The notes beneath the pieces are model-generated. The model was not told the DNA's origin and searched no databases. It worked only from the letters and a program-made list of their open reading frames with translations. This document shows, piece after piece, positions 25,400-39,329 of a stretch of 64,000 nt of DNA. Source of the DNA: Puccinia triticina (Eukaryota); the NCBI GenBank assembly GCA_026914245.1, contig CP110439.1, positions 5,456,001-5,520,000 of the forward strand, read 5' to 3'. A program made the translations under genes and the position numbers. Position 1 is the first letter of the stretch; each line of letters begins with the position of its first letter.

Positions 25400-27808
25400 T
25401 CTGTCTATCTTGCTTCCCAATTAAGGTCCTAGTAAAGGGTTGTATCCAAAAAACAAAACCCCAAAAAAAAGAAATTAAAAGGGAAAGTTACATAAACTTG
25501 AGGTGAGAGAAAAAAAATAAGAAACTGTAAAAATCTGCTCAAAGGTATAAGAACATGATGGATTGAATCCAATCAATTTAGCCCCATTGGAGAAAATTAA
25601 TCAAGCAATATGTGTTGGAAAATATGGTAAAATTATGAAAAATCCCACCAAAAAATTGTAGTTCTTTTATCAAGGAGAAACACAATCATCTTGAATCAAT
25701 TAAGGGGATTGCTAATTGTGTTTTGCTGCAAATAATTCCTTGATTTTTTTCCAAAGATTTTTCACTCCATTAGTAAACTTTTCCCACCAAATTTGAATCC
25801 TTGACCTGGGTTTGAGTTCATCTGTGACAGGGGGAGGCAATTTTAGTGATTATTATGATAGTTAAATTTTTTGAACTTGAGTTACCCCTCAATTTATTTC
25901 ACTCACATTTTTTTTCACTATTTATCATCTTGAAATTCTTCATGTGATCTCTGAGACTTCCAAGGTGCCAGGGAACCCCATCACAATCCTTTGTATCATC
26001 TCCACCTACATTCTTTAAGAAATTCTTAAAATCATTTGTTCTACCTGCATCAATTTCTGGATCCAATACTTTAATGTAATCATCCAGTTTACTATTTTTT
26101 GTGTATAATAGAATTGGTCAAAAGGCATTCCAGGGGGTTCGCTACCAGCATTTGTGAGAAATTTTACATACAGGTTCTTTAACTTTTCCTTCAATGTGTT
26201 CACAACCTCCTGGTGTGAACCACTTTGCCATAGCTTGACATATTTGTTTGAGCTTGAAAACATCAAACAAGGAAAACAGACCAAAAATATCAAGAAACTT
26301 CTTTTGTACAAATATGTGAAATTAAAAACCCACTTGTTACCCTTACTCAGGGCCCAATTCATGTACATATTTACAACATGTGAGAAATCCATCTCAATGC
26401 TATCTTCATATTACTCTCTCCATGATTCCAATCTGGAGATTTTAAAATTCAAGATAAAAATTTAAATTAAGATTCCAGCAGATCTGTAAAATTTGATTTA
26501 CAATTATTGGGAAAATTTCAAAATGAGCAAACCTTTTCCAATCAGTGAAATCTTCCAGGTCTTTCGCATGATTTCCCTTCTTGTAATCACTCCAAAATTC
26601 ATGATTAACATAATCCTTCTGTGATCTAGAATAAATTCAATTTAAAATCAGCTCAACTATCTCTTTTTGAAGGAAACTCTTTTGTTGTGCAACTCACATC
26701 AATTCATCACTTTTACCCCCCCAGGATTAAACACTTTAGTAGTCCATTCATTCAGATTTTTCACACCAAGAATAGATATTTACTTACCCTGTGCCATCTG
26801 TTTCAATTTTTTGATTCCATGATCGAAATTTATCTTCCAATCCAGGTTTATTTGCACTAAAAATCAAGAAAATGATGTTGGACAGAATTGAAATTGATTG
26901 GAATAGGAAAGATTGAAGAACATACAACTTATTATTGGTCTCCATCCACTTCCTATGCTCATCAACTAGTTTTGAAAGCTTAAACTTTTGACCCTCAAAT
27001 TCCTCATTCCAAGATTTTTTCCTATTGCACAGGAAAGATTAAGACCAATGTGAGTTGGGATTTGTTATTGATTTCATTTTCAAAATTGAAACAAAACTTA
27101 CACAGAGTGACTCCAGAAATCATCCATGTTTTTAGCTTCAATCTCCAACTCTTCCTCTCCAAGATTGAGAAACTCCACCAAAGATCTGCCATCACATTCC
27201 TTCCATCAATGAAAAACCCCTTGAGATGTTTTACTACATACCATTCAACTTACAGATCATCCTTTGATTGCTTTTTTTCACCACTTGGAGACCTGAATGA
27301 ACCATTTGAGACAAGATTGTTCTCCTCTTTTCCATTCATATTTGTTCTGGCTGCCTCCCTGTTGTATAAAATAGCCAAATATTTGTGTATGTATATTTAA
27401 TGAGTTAAATCCTTGGTGAATGTGGCAAAAAACATCAAACATGTGCTGCTTACATATTCAATCCAATTTCTTGGTCATGTAATCCCCTTTGCACATGGAG
27501 GAGTAAAAATTCACAGGGTAAGTTCAGATTATGGTCACCTGTTTCTCATAGAACGTTTCAGTGGTTTGACTTACTTTTCCATTCTGGTTGATTGTTGGTT
27601 TTCAGGAAAATGAAATAAAATTTAGTGTAACTATTGAAGATTGATTTCCTTTGGATCAGTTGAAGACTCACCTGGCCCCACCCTGGGTATGAGTGACAGC
27701 AATTTCAGCTCTTTTGGACAATCTCATGGCCAAACATTGGTTCATCCTTTCTGTGAGGAGTACCAAAAGTGAGCTACATATGATCAATTTACCAAATTGG
27801 AGAAACAT
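25400..27808 (-). CDS. Possible multi-exon secreted protein (effector-like), possibly degenerate; 3' end approximate
   Basis: N-terminus MFLQFGKLIICSSLLVLLTERMNQCLAM is signal-peptide-like. Repeated minus-strand GTGAGT/GTAAG donors (~27672, 27574, 27480, 26787, 26696) separate short AT-rich exons. Confidence 0.4.
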
Positions 27809-28299
27809 CCTGCTTGGATGTTTTTTTTTTTGGGGGGGGGAGGGTATGTTGATTTGAAATGAAAGTTGAAGCAAGCAAGTAATAGAACAGTGAGAGTGAG
27901 TGTAATATTAAAATAAAGCAGTTAACAAATGATCAACCGTGGCAAAGCTTGTGTAATAAGAACAAACACCTAAAAACACGGCAAAAGCACCTCTGGGATA
28001 TTGAGAATAGAACAGCTAGGAAAAGTGGGCTGGCACTGACGTCGACACCGGTAGTTGGGACGGGTGGCTAGAGAAGAGTAGCAGCAAGGCTGGTGTAATA
28101 TGGACCAGCGGCTTATAAGAACACTGAATACAAAGTTGGCGTACTGTTCAGAAGGATATGGTAATATGGAGCAAATGTGAAGAGGTACAATTGTGAGGGG
28201 AGAAGTGATTGGGAGAGGATATCCTTTTGAATCGGGCGCTAGTAAATACTTGCATAGTGAAGTCGGGGAGGGCTCCAGATCTGCCACTGTTCCACTACA

Positions 28300-28700
28300 C
28301 AAGCTCCAACGTCCAACACGATAAAACACCAGTCATACATACACTCTTGATGAGCCAGTCTGACCGGGCCATCAGAGGAAAAATCACTCTTGTGATGCGG
28401 ACAGATCGGGTTATCGAGACGAAACACAATCTTCACTCTTGATGACCCGGACAGACCAGGTCAGCAAGAGAATACAACACCTCGCAATAACCAGTCTGAC
28501 GGAATCATCGAGGGAATGCACTCTCGATGACTCGGTTAGACCGGTCATTGAGAGGAAATACACTGTCGACGACCCGGAGATCATCGAGAGTGCATTCTCT
28601 CGATGACCCGGCCAAGCCGAACATCGAGAGTGTATTCTCTTGAAAACCCGGTCAGGCTTGTCATCAAGAGAACACAGAGTGTACTCAATGACCAAGAGAG
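28300..28700. repeat. Degenerate tandem array of ~45-50 bp palindromic units; related arrays at 22010-22110, 23100-23370 and 53150-54330
   Basis: Units of the form CTC(T/G)ATGACCCGG...CCGGTCATCGAGAG. Confidence 0.7.
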
Positions 28701-30628
28701 TATGTATGTGCTGTATTGCGAACGTCACGACGGCAATGATGAGTCGGCTCCAGTAAATTGAGCCAGATGGACAGGATGGCAGTCTGAGTTTTTGATGCTG
28801 CGCACTTGCATTGTGATTTGGCCACAAAAGCATTAACGACACGCGCCACACGAACACCCTCATACTTGTTACAAACGTTATAGCGTTAATAAGCATCTGC
28901 TCGAACAATCAGCAAACGGGGGAGATTGGCAAAGATACTACGATGGCAAACGCGCAAGAGAGGTTCCCAACCATGGGCTAGCCTGTGATTCTTGACCGAT
29001 TTTCATTGAAAAACAGGTGGGCGAAATTAAGGCAGAATTGGAGGGGGAGACCAGAGAATGTCAAGACTCAGGGCTCGCCCCAGAGCAAAGGAAGCGCAAG
29101 GAGCGAAACCCTAACCCCGCAAGGGGGAATGGTGAGTCCGCGCGACCCATAGGTCCATGCATATGCATGTGACTCTCAGACAATAGGAGTAGGCGAGAAG
29201 CTGAAACTTTGTTCCTTTCCTTCTAGCCACGTCTCCACACGACGAAGAGCCTAAGCGATCCAAGAGAAGCACACCACCGAAAAGGTAAGTAGTGCTCCTT
29301 GGATTCGTCACAAGCTGAGGAGCGAGCAGCTGATCAAAAGATTAATAATCTTATTGCAGCAAGCTTACGCCCGAAGCCGACTCAGACCGCAACGGTTCCA
29401 GCCTCATCGATAGGATCTCCAGCTCAACGAGTGGTAAGTCCATCGATGCAGAGCCTCATAAAGCATTGCCAGTCACTGACTGAGAGAACTGCATGTGTTA
29501 TAGACTACAGCAGTTCCAGCTCGCTTCGCACTCGTATTGGCGGACGCTAAAGCATCAAGCCTGATCGAGCATAAGTAAGAGATAACTCATATCTCCCAGA
29601 TTCCTCCCGGAATTCAGGCACTGACTCGAGCATAACTGCTGTACACAGGCAGAAGCTCCATCACCACGATCACGTGGCTCAAGCTGCTCAAGCAGTCCCT
29701 TCCAATCTTACTTCATTCTCATACCAGAGCCGGCAATAGTTCCGCTCTTAGGTACATTATTTGTTTTCTTTCTTTCTAAGTCTCTGAGATTGTCAGATAG
29801 ACCAAAGTCCTAATGCAGAAATAAAACCTCTTAGTATAGTGGAATCTTTTAGAGAAGGCAATGATGATCAGAACCTGGAAGCTTGCAAGCTTATCGGAGA
29901 GCAGCCTCGATCCTTTCGAGCGTTCTTTTCTTCCCCAAGACGGCTATCGTCTTGGCTATGCCGGGTCCAATCTATGCAAGAGAATGAGGATGTAGGGAGG
30001 GTGAGTGAATGGTGAAGAAAGAGTGGTAATTGGGGGAGCGGGCAGATCTTTGCGGCCCGTGATGGCATGATGCGTTTGCTGCTCGTTCCCGGATCGAGCT
30101 CTTGCACCTGCTTCAAGCCTCCAGCAACTTTTTCGCGCGTGTATCCATCCGGGCAACTGACTGAGCATTTGCCTGGAACTTTCCAAGATCTTGTCTAATC
30201 AACCATCCACCAAAAACGAAGGGGACCCCCCCCCGGCCTTGAAGTGTCAAAAAGAGCCGGCGAGTTGAGTTTCGGGAGCAACGGAGGGAAAACACTGACG
30301 GTAGAGTACATCTGGGACATTTTTTCTCATTTCGCAGGCTTCCGACGAGCTCAGATCAGGAAGTGTAAAGAAGTGCTTGGCAAGGTACTTGATGTCGGTG
30401 AAGACATGAAGCCGATCCTAGGGGGCAAAACGTGTGAGTTGAGACCGGCTAGCTTGGATTGGCGAGGGCGCAAAGCGGAGGCCGGCCGAGCTGGCCGGCG
30501 TGCTGGTGCCGGAGGGCGTCTGCCGAGCCGCTGCAGTGGTGGGATGCGCCGGTATCTCATCTCGTCCTGCTCGGCATCGCAGCCCGGCCCACGCAGAACT
30601 CACCACGAACCACGACAAACCACCGCAG

Positions 30629-31599
30629 ATGGCCACCGACCAACCATATCCTGCCGAGGCCGAGCAGCCGGACGACGAACCGGCACCGGCACTCGACCGG
30701 CGCATCGGACTGCTCGAGTGTGTCTTCGCCGGGGCCCTACCGGGCTCGGAGTCATTCGCGAACCGCCTGTCGAGCAAGGCTGCAAGCAAGAAGTCCATGG
30801 CCATCCGTCTTGAACGTCTCCTGAGCTCACTGTCTACCATCCTCGACTCCAAGCCTAACGAAGCCATCCGTCGATTCGTCCAAAGCTGTCAGTATCCACA
30901 CACACTCTTTTTCGACCGAAAATATCCTAAATCAAAAGGTACAAAGGAACTGATTCTTCTTTCTTCCCACGCAACAGATGACCTTGATGAGCCGCGCTTG
31001 CACCTTCCCAATCCCCTCTCAGCCAACAAAGATGCCGCGGCACTCTAGATCAGCGTAAGGCCAGCCTGGTCTTCGGAGCCCGGGATTGTCCAGCTGGAAC
31101 GGGACCTGCGGGAGATCGAGCTGCTCGACACTCGGGGCTTCGTAGGCGTCGGGAAGCTTGCTGGTGAACTTTCTCTCTCGTTATTTCCCGGCTCTTTTCC
31201 ACCCAGAGTTGTTGAACTTGAATGATCGCCCCTTCCTCTGTCAGATGGTGATTGGTCCAAGGAAGAGCTCGCTACAACTGTCGCTGGCCCTCTCCAGGAA
31301 TCCAGCGCGAAAATCGACGACATCAAACAGACAGCCACAACGCTCTTGTCAAGTTACGATTCTGATGTGAGTTGATTGTACAGCCCCCTTATCGGCATCA
31401 TTCTTTTCTGCAAACAACAAACAGACAGAATTATCTAGTTGGAGGTGCCGTTGGTCCGGCATGTAGACTCTGAGACATTCTGACCTCGTGCTGACGACCA
31501 TAGGTCAACGCGCTCTCGGAGATCTTTGCCTCCTGGGACTCTATCTTGACTACCCTAGAGAAAGACGTCCACAAACTCCAAATCGCCAAAGCCCCGTGA
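30629..31599 (+). pseudogene. Dynactin p22/p24 (DCTN3)-like gene, 4 exons, disrupted in exon 2
   Basis: LDRRIGLLECVFAG...NEAIRRFVQS|YD...LERDLREIELLDTRGFVGVGKL...VNALSEIFASWDSILTTLE. TAG at 31046-31048 lies between apparent compensating indels. Confidence 0.55.
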
Positions 31600-33648
31600 T
31601 ACTATCGCTTAAAACCATTTCATCCGTGTGTTTCCCGATTAGTCATTTTGATTATTTCATTCTTTTTCCCATCAGGAGATGCCAGGTGTCAGCCTTTGCA
31701 ATTTGGTGAGCCCCTCTTCCCATAGAACTAGAAAGTGTTGTATGTGTTTGTATGTGCTATTTCAGTCAGCCTGTTTGTGTACGTAGGTGCCACTTCAGCC
31801 TGAAGAAAAACTCAGCGTGATAAGAGTTCATTGCCTGGGGTCATAGCCAGGAGAATAAATCCTCCGCAAGGGAGACGCACGGCGACATGGCGTCCAATAT
31901 TCTAAAGCTATGCCGTCGTAAACACACACTCTGGACCTTCCCTAGCCTCGCTTTGTGCATTTATGAGGCGCGCCTGTGTGATGATCAAGGCGGCGTGTTC
32001 ACTATTTGTGGAGGATCAAGCCGGTTGAAAATCCACAGCAACCCCTGTTTTCTGTTATCAAGGGAGTCGGTAGGACGTTTGGAGTGAAGCATGAAGGGGC
32101 CTCAGATTCCCCCAATCGGCTGTTTTTTTCCGTCCTTGAATTCCCTCCGTCTTGCAGATCGTCAGTATATTTCCGTCTCATAGATTGGTTCACCCCTCAA
32201 GGAGGCAAAGCCTTGAATTTTGCTTCGGATCCAAAGGTGGGGTATACTTGTGAAAGTAGGGCTTTTTTTTCTTTTCTAAAGTTCCATAAATATCCGCAGT
32301 AGGAGTGTTTTGTAGTCCAGAAGCAGACTCGTTGTTAGCACAAGAAACAAAATAAAGATTAGGCCAGTGGATAAATCAAGCTTAAAAACAATCCGCTGAG
32401 GGTCACGTTCATGAGCAAGAAAGAGAGAGAGCACCCGCCTCTTGTCTCTTCCAAAATTCTTCTCGAGGATTCAAGTGAAGCTTGTTGTGTGCATCCAATG
32501 TTCGAGTGTTCTAGCTCCGAAAACTATCGGGACAATCCCTTCGGCACTAAAGGCTAGCGAGCTACCTGGGTGAATGCTGCTTGCCAAACAGACTAGCCGT
32601 CCCTCAAGCCCATTTCCACACGACGGGTCTCTTTGTGACAGATCGTTGAGCTCCGGTCAGACAAGGCTGAGCCCTGGTTGATCTCATCCCGAGCGCTAAA
32701 GACGGAGGCTGAAGGTGGCAGCCCTCTCCCTTGTGAGTAATTTCGATAGCCAACGGCCTAACCTCACCGGATAATTCCCCGTCTTCTTTCAAGCTGCTTG
32801 TTCGAAAATCGCCGCCCTGATTTTCGCCCGTAGCGAGAGTACACCAGATCACTACTAGTGGGCCGGCGCACTCCATTAGGGGCGCCGTCCGTCCGGCCTC
32901 CTCTCCTCGGGTTCTTTGTCTCCCTAAAGCCTCAGCTGATGGACGATGGTGGTGATGTCTTTCCACACTCATCCAAGCAGAATCGGCACCCCCAAAAGCT
33001 GGCTTCAGCACATCAACAAGCATTAGACTTTGCTCCCTATTTTTTCCCTGCTCTATAAACATAAAATTCCTTGTTTTTTGCTTTCTTGTTTAATCGGACA
33101 CTTTCATATGTGCAGCCATCGCCACTCTCCTTACCCAGAAAAAAAAGGCGGGCAAAGTAGGTCCAACATTGGATGTCGTCATGCAATTTTGACCTGGACG
33201 CATGACTGATGGGGAGGAGAGGTACCGTCGCCGTACCAGCAGGAGCTAGCAATTGTCGGGATTGATACAGTAAGAGGTTCGAGAGGAAGGAACAGGCAAG
33301 CGGGCTTCTCCGCCAGCAGATTGACAAGTATGATTGGATCCATCATCGTCTCTTCTTCCTCCCCCCTCCCCCACGTCTCGTCACCATATATATTTTGCGT
33401 TGCACCCCTCATCACTCGATCTGCTTTCTGATCGCACACGCGTTTGCTATTCTGTTGCACTCTGTAGTAGTCTTCCTTGAAGATTTTTTCTCATCAACAT
33501 CATCAAAGGAATTAAATCCAGTCTATCAAGCTCAGCTACCTCCCCTGGTTGATCCATCACCCTCTCACAATCTATCTTCAACTTTTCACTCTGTGGCTGT
33601 TATCGGAATTGAATTATTACACTAGCGCCGTTGTGATACGCTCAAGAA

Positions 33649-36600
33649 ATGTCTCTAGCACTTGAATCGTTGGTGGCCGAGGACCAGATGTTGACGCCTA
33701 CCCCGGGCTCGCCTCGTCCCTACTTGCCGGTCGACAACAGCCACAACCGCCTGAACTCTATCCAGCTCAGCAGTGATGCCAGTGGAGAGTTCTCTGTCTC
33801 CCATTCCCCCCGGTGCTTCTTCGGCCCGCCTGGCGAAGGCCTTGCCGAACTCCGCAACGCCCTCAACCCACCCTGGTTACATGGCGTCACTGGCTCTCCG
33901 AGTTTGGTGGCCAATCACTCAGCTGATCGGGCCGGGAGATGGGTTGAAAATGCACGCAGGCATGCAGAACAACACCAACCCATTAACTTTGCCAATCGTA
34001 AGCCGTACTCTGCTCTGTATATTCTGAGGGTATGCACCTTACGTTTTGGCATTTTGCGCGGTTGATTGTTTTGTATCAGACGTCAAATTGGCATCTCTCT
34101 CCCTCGGCCACCGAATTCTTGCCCCCAGTCTCACCTCACCGCAGGTCCGCCAATCAGCCTTCACCGGGAAGACGCAGCGGGTGACCAACGCGACGCTCGA
34201 TGCGGCCTTCGTTGGAACCAAGCCCAAGGGATCCCCCTTCGACCAGCCCACCTATTTGAACAAGCGTGGCGGGGGAGCCCCGATCCATCACGGAAACAAC
34301 GTCGCGGCCAACCGCCCGGCGCCGAATCTTAAGCTGCATGACGGCCACTCTGGCGACGGTAGCAGCGAGGAGGAGGAATCTTGGCCAATGCCAGAGACCC
34401 CGTTCATGTCCCACGACGTTTGGAGCGAAGATCCCCACCGTAATGAGCTCTTCAAGGGTAACCATCTTCCAGCCTCTCAGGATATTCACAAGGCTTTTCC
34501 CGGCCATCATCAGCGTAAACCACCCTCCATTCGAGCCGTCAACCTTACCGCGAAGAACTCCGCCAAGGAAGGCGAGAGACGTATCGGCCGCTGCAAGATG
34601 TACAACTGTGACAAGGGGGTCGGCTTCTTGATTGATGACCGCCTCGACCAAGTCCCCCAAGATGGTAGGCATCAGTTCCAAAGTATCCGCTTCTGCCCAC
34701 ACGTACTGATCCCCTCTTCTTCTACAGTCAAGATCCACTGGACTGACATCTTTTCGGACCAGGAATTCAAGTCGCTCGCCAAGGTATTTAGTCCCTTCTA
34801 CCCTTGGTTTTTCTCGGGCTTCGTGCTGACTTAATGTTTATTTTTCCCAGGGAGAAATTGTCGAATACACTCTCAACATCACCGCCAATGGTTATTCTGC
34901 CTCGTACGTGACCGGTCCCGGAGGGCGCCCGGTAATGGGCGCGGAGCAGGCCATTGTTCAAGCTAGGTGAGCACACATGTCCCTGGGCTGGATAGACGTT
35001 TGAGCTGAAACTGACTTCCTGATTCCGTCCAGTCGACAAACGAGCTATAAGCTTTTCAAGGCAGGTGCTTTACCCGTCAAGACCTACCGATCTAAATGGG
35101 AAAGCGTGATCCGTAAGTTGGTGCTTCTATGTTTACGTTCTGAAAAGCTATTTCTGATCCGATTGTTTTTCTTTAGCCCCCGTCGAAGGTGAAACCTCGC
35201 CCAGTCAACCAGCCAATCAAGCCTCCAACCCTGCTCGCTCGGCTATCACTCCGCGGACCGTTCCAACGAATGATCTGAAGAACGCCCCAGCCAGTGCCCC
35301 AGTCTTACCCGGCATGCGCTACCCGAGCCAAAATGGCAAAGCTGGCCGGAAATTTTCCGCCGAACAACTCAAGGGCTCGATCACTGAGCCACGAGGATCA
35401 GACAAGCACCAAGGCCAGAACCGCAACCAGGAGCACCATCAGTTCAACAATACCCAGGCTCAGCTCTCGACTGGGCTTGGTTCCACCGCGCAGTTCAACA
35501 CACCTGGATGGAGCACCCTACGCTCGCCCTTAAACTATCTCCAAAGCGCTAACTCCTTGGTCTCCGACTTCGCCGGTGCACAGACACCGCTCCCTGCACT
35601 TTCGCACTCTGGAATGACCCCTCACTCGGGTGACTCTTACAACCCACTCTTTCCGAGTGGCTTCTCCACCCACCTTACTTCCTCGGCGCGCTCGCCCGGA
35701 GTGACTCTCGCCACCCCAGGCGACAATTCGTACCTTGCCAATCACGGATTGCCGTCTTCTCAACGCGGGATGAGTCAGCCGGACTTCCAAAGCTTCCTGG
35801 CCGAGAGACAGGTGCTCCTCCAACAGCAAGCGCTCTTGATGGGCATGTACCAGAACGCCAACCAGCCTATCCCCGCCTCTGCCATCCAGGCCTTTCAGCA
35901 GCTCAGCTTCATGAACCCCTTAGGGGGCAAGTCTGTTCTCGGTAAGACCGGCGATGTTCAGTCCTACTACGACAGCCAAGCCGGGACAGTTGATTCCAAG
36001 CTGCAGTACTCTGGATTGCTCCCACCGATTACTCTTCCTAACAGCAAGGACGGCTACAAGGCCAGCGAACTCCTCCAGAACGGTGGACCAGCATCATGGA
36101 GAGTGTCTGATATGGATGGTATGAAGCGAGACTCTTCTGGAAGCTTGAGGGCAAATGCGCTCTCCTTTACCCCTGGCGTTTCCAACTCACCTCATGTCGT
36201 CTTCGGGGACGGCAAAACTCATGAGGGCGGGAGGAAGGCCGAGAGCCCCGTGTATCAAATCCCTGGACGCCGATCAGTTTCTGACCCTGCCGCGGTGGGT
36301 GCTCCTGGAGGCAAGAAGGCATCTGCATTAGGCCATCTACAGCATAACAGGAACCCCAACAGCCCGCAGCAGCCACGTCAGGGCTCCGAGCGTGCAGGAC
36401 ATCCCAAACGGGTGACGTTTGCCGAGCGTACTACGCCTTCGCGCCGCGTGGTCTCGCATGGGGAGCAAGTAGGCACGCCGTTGAGGATGCGTGCGCTCGA
36501 GGAAGAGTGCAGCGAGGCGGGCGAGGAGAGCCTCGAGGTCTCTGGCGAATCCACCTACATCTCCACTCAGCTCTATGCCCCTGATGATGCTCGTCGGGCC

Positions 36601-36819
36601 GAAGACTTCTCCAGCGTCGACCTCGCCCTTGAACGTCTTCGCGTCGCCGCTGGCCCCAGAACTCTCGCCCTCGTCAAGCCCTCTACCCCGTCCCCCGTTC
36701 AAGAGAAGCCCCTCAAGTCGGCCGCCAAAAGCCCTGAGCCTGCCTCTATCGCTGGCTCCCCACAGCCTAAACTCTCCTTGATGATCCAGGAGGCCGCCTT
36801 CCCCGCTGCCACCAACTGA
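33649..36819 (+). CDS. Cold-shock-domain RNA-binding protein with long disordered tail, ~6 exons
   Basis: Spliced domain RRIGRCKMYNCDKGVGFLIDD..QD|VKIHWTDI..FKSLAK|GEIVEYTLNITANGYSASYVTGPGG. Canonical GT-AG introns and a last-exon ORF of about 500 codons. Confidence 0.8.
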
Positions 36820-38457
36820 CAAGTCGAAGCGTAAAGAACTTGATTCCTCGCCCTCTCTTGTTTGCTTCTTGAGATGAAACCCTCGTTATGAGCTCATTCT
36901 TTCTCAATTTTCCATTTCTTCCCTTTTATCATATTATTATTAGTCGATCAAAAAACATCTTATCTTTCCGGAAGGACAACTGTTTTGGTTTGTATAACTC
37001 TGATCTTTTCCGATCCCCTCCTGCCTTTCCTCAGCTCGTCTTCTCTATATGCTCTTTTTTTACCTTCACCTACCACTTTCAATACGAACAATCTGATCAC
37101 AATTGTTTATATTTTTCTCTCCCTAACATAAAAACCAGAAAACAACTGCAAAAAAATCTAGCCTCTGATTTGAAAGACAATGTTTTCTTATTTTTGTGAT
37201 CTATTTACGTATGTATGTTATAGTGTTTTCCACAGGTTTCTGGTGATTTTCCTCAAATCCTGTTTTCTTTATATTGCACTTCCTCTTCTTTCCATCATCC
37301 ATCAAATTGTGTTTTTCTCATTTTGTCATGGCAGAAAGAAAGATTGTTATTGTGTTATATATAAGGATTGTATGACTTGTGAATGAATGAGAAAACTGTT
37401 TTTTTCTCAATACCATTTACGGTCCTACTTCGCGCAGCAGAATAAAACTCTTCGGGCGCAGAATCAACCCTGACTTAACTAAGCCTCCCGGGACTGGGGG
37501 TGGATGCAAAGCATCTCCCATTCCCAATGGGAGGCTTATGAGTTATCGGCTTTTTTCCGCGTGAGAGCTTCAGGAAATTTGTGGCTTTTGGCCAACTTTT
37601 TGAATCAAATTTACATTACACAGCGCGCACTCATTGTGGGTCAGCGAGCTGAAGTTCAGGGGATAGCTGAGCATCTCAGCTTCAATGTAGTGTCACTTTT
37701 GTGATATCTACACTTGAAGGAGAGTGTTGCCCTTGCTCAGCAGTCAAGCTGGATGGATGATGGAGTTCTGTATTTAAATTGAGTCCAAATGGATCTTCTC
37801 GGAATTTGCATACACACTTCTGGCCAAACACAAAAAAATCACAAACTTCAAAGGGGGATGGAAGGAGTTTGTGAAGGGGGAAAAAGTGGTGATTGACACC
37901 AAAAGAAAGAGAAAAATCAGGCCTTTGATCTGGGACCACAGGCAATAGGAATACACAAGGAGAAGACCCCTGATAGGGGATCGGGAAAAAACTCCCACCA
38001 AAACACTGAAAGCTCTCAAGACAAATTCTTGGCTTTACCTGCAAGTCCCTCCTTCGGAGGTCGCGCGAAACGCGAGGGCGCTTTGCGCCAGCCCAGGCTG
38101 TACCAGGGCCCTCTGAAGCGAGGGACTTGTGATAAGTCAGAATCAACCGTCCCCAGACGTCAAACCCGCTGTGCGCGCAAGCCAAAAAATATTTTGCGCG
38201 CAGAAAAAAAATATAGGGATTTTTGAATCAATTTCTTTACCAAAAATGAGAGGGAGTTTTTCTTGCCTCCCCCAAGAAGTTTTAAAAATTTTAGAGCCAC
38301 CCTTATGATGCCAAAAAATCTCAAACACTAATTCCAGACAAAGGTGGATGAAACCCCGTCGGGGACTCAAGTGGTGTGATCCCCTGCTCAACGGTTAGTC
38401 CCCGGGAGACAGGAAGCACCAGCAAGCCGCACAAATAGTTTGCCAAGAGGACACTTA

Positions 38458-38818
38458 GAGCATCTCCAGCAGTCCGGGGGTGGGTCACGCTGCTTTTGGC
38501 AGGCAGAGATTCACTTTTTTCAAATCTCTCAGAGAGTTCCAAGTCTCTCACCTGCCGCTGGCTTCCACAGGCTGCTATAGACATGGGAAGGTAGCAGGCC
38601 GGAGGCAAAAATGATACATTTTTATGCTTCCATCAAAAAAGTACCTTCTGGCACAAAGGCCACCCAACAGGGAATGCTGGTTGTATTGTGAAGGATGAGG
38701 TTGGCTGGACCTTCAAAAGCATGTACATGGACCAGCTTGAGTAAGCAAAAATTGGTGCAACCCAAGCCACAGCCTGTTTAAGTCAGCACTATCCACCCCC
38801 GGACTGCTGGAGATGCTC
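38458..38818. mobile_element. PIF/Harbinger MITE
   Basis: TIR GAGCATCTCCAGCAGTCCGGGGGTGG with TTA on both flanks. Confidence 0.85.
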
Positions 38819-39329
38819 TTAACGCTAGGAATATGCCGGATCTCAGCAAATCTCAGCAAAGCAAACTCTGCACCTCAGCGACACAATACAATATGGAAAC
38901 ATGGAAACATCCGCGGCAGACAAGGTTGAAGTTACACCCAATAATCCTCAAGAATACCCTCCAATTCCTCCACCCCCAGAAGGGCACTTTGTTGCTGCAA
39001 GCATAGGAAGCCCCCCCCCCCCCCCCCATAGCTGCTTGTGCTTCCTCACTATTCATTGACATCCAGCTACATCAAATGATGCCCCCAACCAGGCCACCAG
39101 TACCACTCATCCTCCAAGATCTAAAATCATCAACCTACATTTCTTTACAATGTTGTACCACTACAACCCCTGTGTTATGTTTCAGGTTGCTAATTTATCT
39201 ATCCAATCACTCGCCGGGCTCGAGTGGCTGCTTGCCAGGCAATCACTCGCCGAGCTTGATCAGGGAGCACTCTTCGTGTGCAACCAATTGAGAATAGGAG
39301 ATTGATTTGGATGAAACAATAAAAAACTC

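Noticed and set aside
29100..30120. Possible minus-strand gene (IGPGIAKTI segment); similar case at 32600-33350
   Set aside because: No coherent spliced ORF or family could be built.
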